From assembly GCF_036321535.1 (NCBI RefSeq), contig NC_087452.1, positions 33,480,001 through 33,544,000 on the forward strand: a stretch of 64,000 bases of DNA, given 5' to 3'. Shown here piece after piece: positions 61,488-64,000 of the stretch. Source of the DNA: Camelus dromedarius (taxonomy: Eukaryota). Each line of letters begins with the position of its first letter. The stretch's first letter is position 1. The notes beneath the pieces are model-generated. The model was not told the origin of the DNA. It was given only the letters and a program-made list of their open reading frames with translations, and searched no databases. Made by a program: the position numbers and the translations under genes.

Positions 61488-61628
61488 GGGGAAGGGGGAG
61501 GGTATAGCTCAAGTGGTAGAGCACGTGCTTAGCATGCACGAGGTTCTTGGTTCAATCCCCAGTACCTCCATTGAAAAAAAATAAACAAACATAATTATCT
61601 CCCCCCTGCAAAAAGAAAGAAAGAAAGA
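61488..61628 (+). mobile_element. tRNA-Ala(AGC)-derived SINE (Vic-1-like), youngest-looking copy
   Basis: GGGGAGGGTATAGCTCAAGTGGTAGAGCACGTGCTTAGCATGCACGAGGTTCTTGGTTCAATCCCCAGTACCTCCA with intact A and B boxes and an (AAAG)n tail; TSD AAGA(A/G)AATTTGAG at 61475-61487 and 61629-61641. Confidence 0.9.
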
Positions 61629-62214
61629 AAGAGAATTTGAGCCACTTCATTGGTCACAGAAAACCCTTTATGAACCAGAAATGGTGAAAAATTTGAATTG
61701 CCTGGGGTACGTTCCCAGGTGAGGTGGAACAAGGGGACACTCTACTTTATTGTTTCAACTGTAATACTGGATTTCCCCCACTTTGGGTTGGAAATACTTT
61801 CGTATGAAACTACTTTCTGATGAAAGTAGGGTGCTGTGAAACCTTTCGTGAGCCGAAATGGCATGAAGTGGAGAAGCAATTACTTTGGGACACATCTTGC
61901 TACAGATGCGCAAAGTAGATCAAGATAAAGCACAGATAGCACAGACAACAGTTCAGAGCTGTGACAGCTTGATGCTGAGATGCTGATTGTAATTCCCAAG
62001 GAAGGAGCTTGGCAGTGCCACTCTCTCTGTTCTGGGAGCATGCTACTTCTATAATGGCTCTCTGTAAAACAGATGCTGAATGCTGTTTTCACTTTCTGCC
62101 TTTTCATAAAAGTGAAAATGCTCTTTGGGTTTCTTTTGGTTAGTGAAAACAGGTAGGTCTTTCATAAAAGCAAAGTGGTGTAAAGCCAACTTTTTGAAGA
62201 GTTGGGGATACCTG

Positions 62215-62681
62215 TACTGTAAACAGATATCCTTTTTGTGGTCTATTTAATGCCATGTTTTTTCATATTTTTATGCTTTTTATTGGTAATTTTGCTGATA
62301 AAAATGGTTCCCAATTATAGTGTTANNNNNNNNNNNNNNNNNNNNNNNNNNNNNNNNNNNNNNNNNNNNNNNNNNNNNNNNNNNNNNNNNNNNNNNNNNN
62401 NNNNNNNNNNNNNNNNNNNNNNNNNNNNNNNNNNNNNNNNNNNNNNNNNNNNNNNNNNNNNNNNNNNNNNNNNNNNNNNNNNNNNNNNNAACATACCTAC
62501 AAGGTTATATATTGTGTGTATGTGGCTCTGGAAGGTTATGTATTGATTAGTTGGTGAAAATGTTGTGTCCATGGGCTCAAAGAAACTTTGTATTTCCCCT
62601 AGGTGCAGTGGCTCATTATTTGCTAACTTGGTGTTTGCAGTGACTTTATAGAACATTACTATGAATAATGAAATTTGACTA
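62215..62681. mobile_element. Tigger4/MER46-like DNA transposon fragment
   Basis: Terminal text tttcccctaggtgcagtggctcattatttgctaac...gactttatagaacattactatgaataatgaaatttgact matches the recalled MER46 end; contains the N-run 62326-62489. Confidence 0.65.
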
Positions 62682-64000
62682 TATAGTATTTTGTATCGGA
62701 CTCAGTATGATGTTTTTGAGATTCATCCATTTTGTTGTGTTCCTTTTTATTGCTGAGTAGTATTCCATTTTATGGCCGTATCATTTGCTACTGTCATTTG
62801 GGTTGTTTCTGATTTTTGACCTTTATGAATAAAGATGCAGTTAGTATTCTTGTACAAGTCTTTGTACAATTTTTTATTTCTCTTTGATAAATATCTGGGA
62901 GTAGAATTGCTCTGACTCCCAGGCTACATTGAGGGACACTGTTTCAGGAAAAGTTGGAGAACAGTTCTATAGGTTCTAGGCCCAGTTTTGTTGTTATTCC
63001 TCCCTCATAGTTCTCAGCTCCAAGCTTCGTTTTCTGTTTGTTTTTTTTTCCCCAGGTTTCTGGGTCTACCCATATGGAGCCAAAAACTAATGGATATTCC
63101 ATTGAGGTGGGAAGTTGGAATAATTAGGAACCATTTGAAGTAGAGACAAGCTTCTACATTGAGGGAGTCTGTTTGCTTTATAACTTAGTTCAGTTACTTG
63201 TCTTGTTTCTGAATTTGTTAATTGATGCAGGCTAGGAGGGTACTTGGTCATCCACGGGGTTCACAGGATTCATCCTTCATACCTCTGTAGAGCCTGGCCT
63301 TGGTGATTTGTGCCTTTGTAAGGGTGCCCAGTTACCACCATGGGCACTGCAACTTTACACTGTTGGTCATATGTCAGGCATGCTACTTTAAAAAATTGCA
63401 TTATTATAATTCACATGCAACTTTTCAAACCTTGAGGTGTCCATATCTGATGATCTTCCATGTGTGGTATTTGAAAACCAACACCAACCAGAGTCCTAGC
63501 TAAGTGATTTTAATTTCTGGGAGCAGCAAGCAGTGATTTTGGTGATCAGTATTCATCCCTTAAATCCACCCTCCTGTTAAAAATCATTTTTCCACACTGT
63601 GTGTTCATAGTTCTGTATGGCATGTTCCATTTTGTTTCATCATTGACTTCTTGTGCCAGTGTTCAGTGACTGGTTTCTTTGTAGCCAAAAACTTGATTAT
63701 CAGCATCCTCTTTTATAGCTTCTCAAGTTTCTTAATAAAATTGATTAATATGGACCGCTAAAATGATATTTTCTGGGTGTAACATAGGGTGGGTATTTAA
63801 GATGAATGAAACTTTCATGTGGGAGTTGATTGAATTGAGAAATTTACTCTTTAAATACTGTTTCTTTAAGAAGGCATTTTATTAAAAATTTCAGGTGTCT
63901 ATTTTCTTTTCAGTTTACTGTGTTTTTTTCTAGTTTGTTGGTAGAGAAAATCAGTATGTAATACTCCTCTTGCTGTCTTCTAATGGTAGTTTAAGAAGAT

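Larger units (their letters stand above)
3225..62489. other. Nine N-runs of about 146-268 nt
   Basis: Approximately 3225-3444, 19856-20110, 27142-27384, 27766-27911, 29619-29787, 30159-30330, 31178-31325, 60555-60822 and 62326-62489. All lie inside interspersed repeats. Confidence 0.95.
56730..64000 (+). other. IP6K1: IP6K1 5' end: non-coding exon 1 (about 56730-56917, donor GTAAGT at 56918) and start of intron 1; coding exons lie beyond the window
   Basis: Strong donor CCG|GTAAGT in the CpG island. Identity rests on conserved gene order (TRAIP-UBA7-INKA1-CDHR4-IP6K1) and the recalled 5'UTR start GCCGCCATCTTGTTGTTGATCCGTAC. No IP6K1 CDS is visible, and the TSS is approximate. Confidence 0.78.

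Noticed and set aside
61494-61570. tRNA-Ala(AGC) gene
   Set aside because: The acceptor stem is imperfect, and the A-rich tail, TSD and related copies in the window show it is a SINE.
1-64000. CRISPR arrays, operons, prophage or other prokaryotic systems
   Set aside because: The sequence is intron-rich mammalian DNA, with no repeat-spacer arrays or bacterial-type genes.

Overview
Mammalian genomic DNA, not microbial. It is probably a camelid (Camelus/Vicugna/Lama): the young SINEs are tRNA-Ala(AGC)-derived, Vic-1-like elements, and I saw no Alu, B1/B2, Bov-tA, PRE-1 or Can-SINE. The window holds the conserved gene block syntenic to human 3p21.31: TRAIP (+, 15 coding exons, 472 aa), UBA7 (+, 24 exons, 1018 aa), INKA1/FAM212A (-, 2 exons, 283 aa), CDHR4 (+, 19 exons, 787 aa), and the CpG-island promoter, non-coding first exon and part of intron 1 of IP6K1 (+). 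Exons were reconstructed by hand from splice sites and recalled orthologue proteins, and all four CDSs are intact. I found no new gene system; the notable signals are in splicing architecture. (1) The expected UBA7 exon-15 donor reads GG instead of GT, and an in-frame donor 18 nt downstream would add 6 aa to the catalytic-cysteine domain. (2) All 7 TAG acceptors of UBA7 are in-frame stops on intron retention, and in 5 introns that TAG is the only stop. (3) The last TRAIP intron is U12-type, and the exon before it starts with a ready-made 5' splice site. (4) CDHR4 has a GC donor with in-frame alternatives and three stop-free 3n introns. (5) An SNRPG processed pseudogene lies in TRAIP intron 1. 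Nine N-runs sit inside repeats, so single-base oddities need read-level confirmation. Comparisons with human proteins and repeat families are from memory, not database searches.
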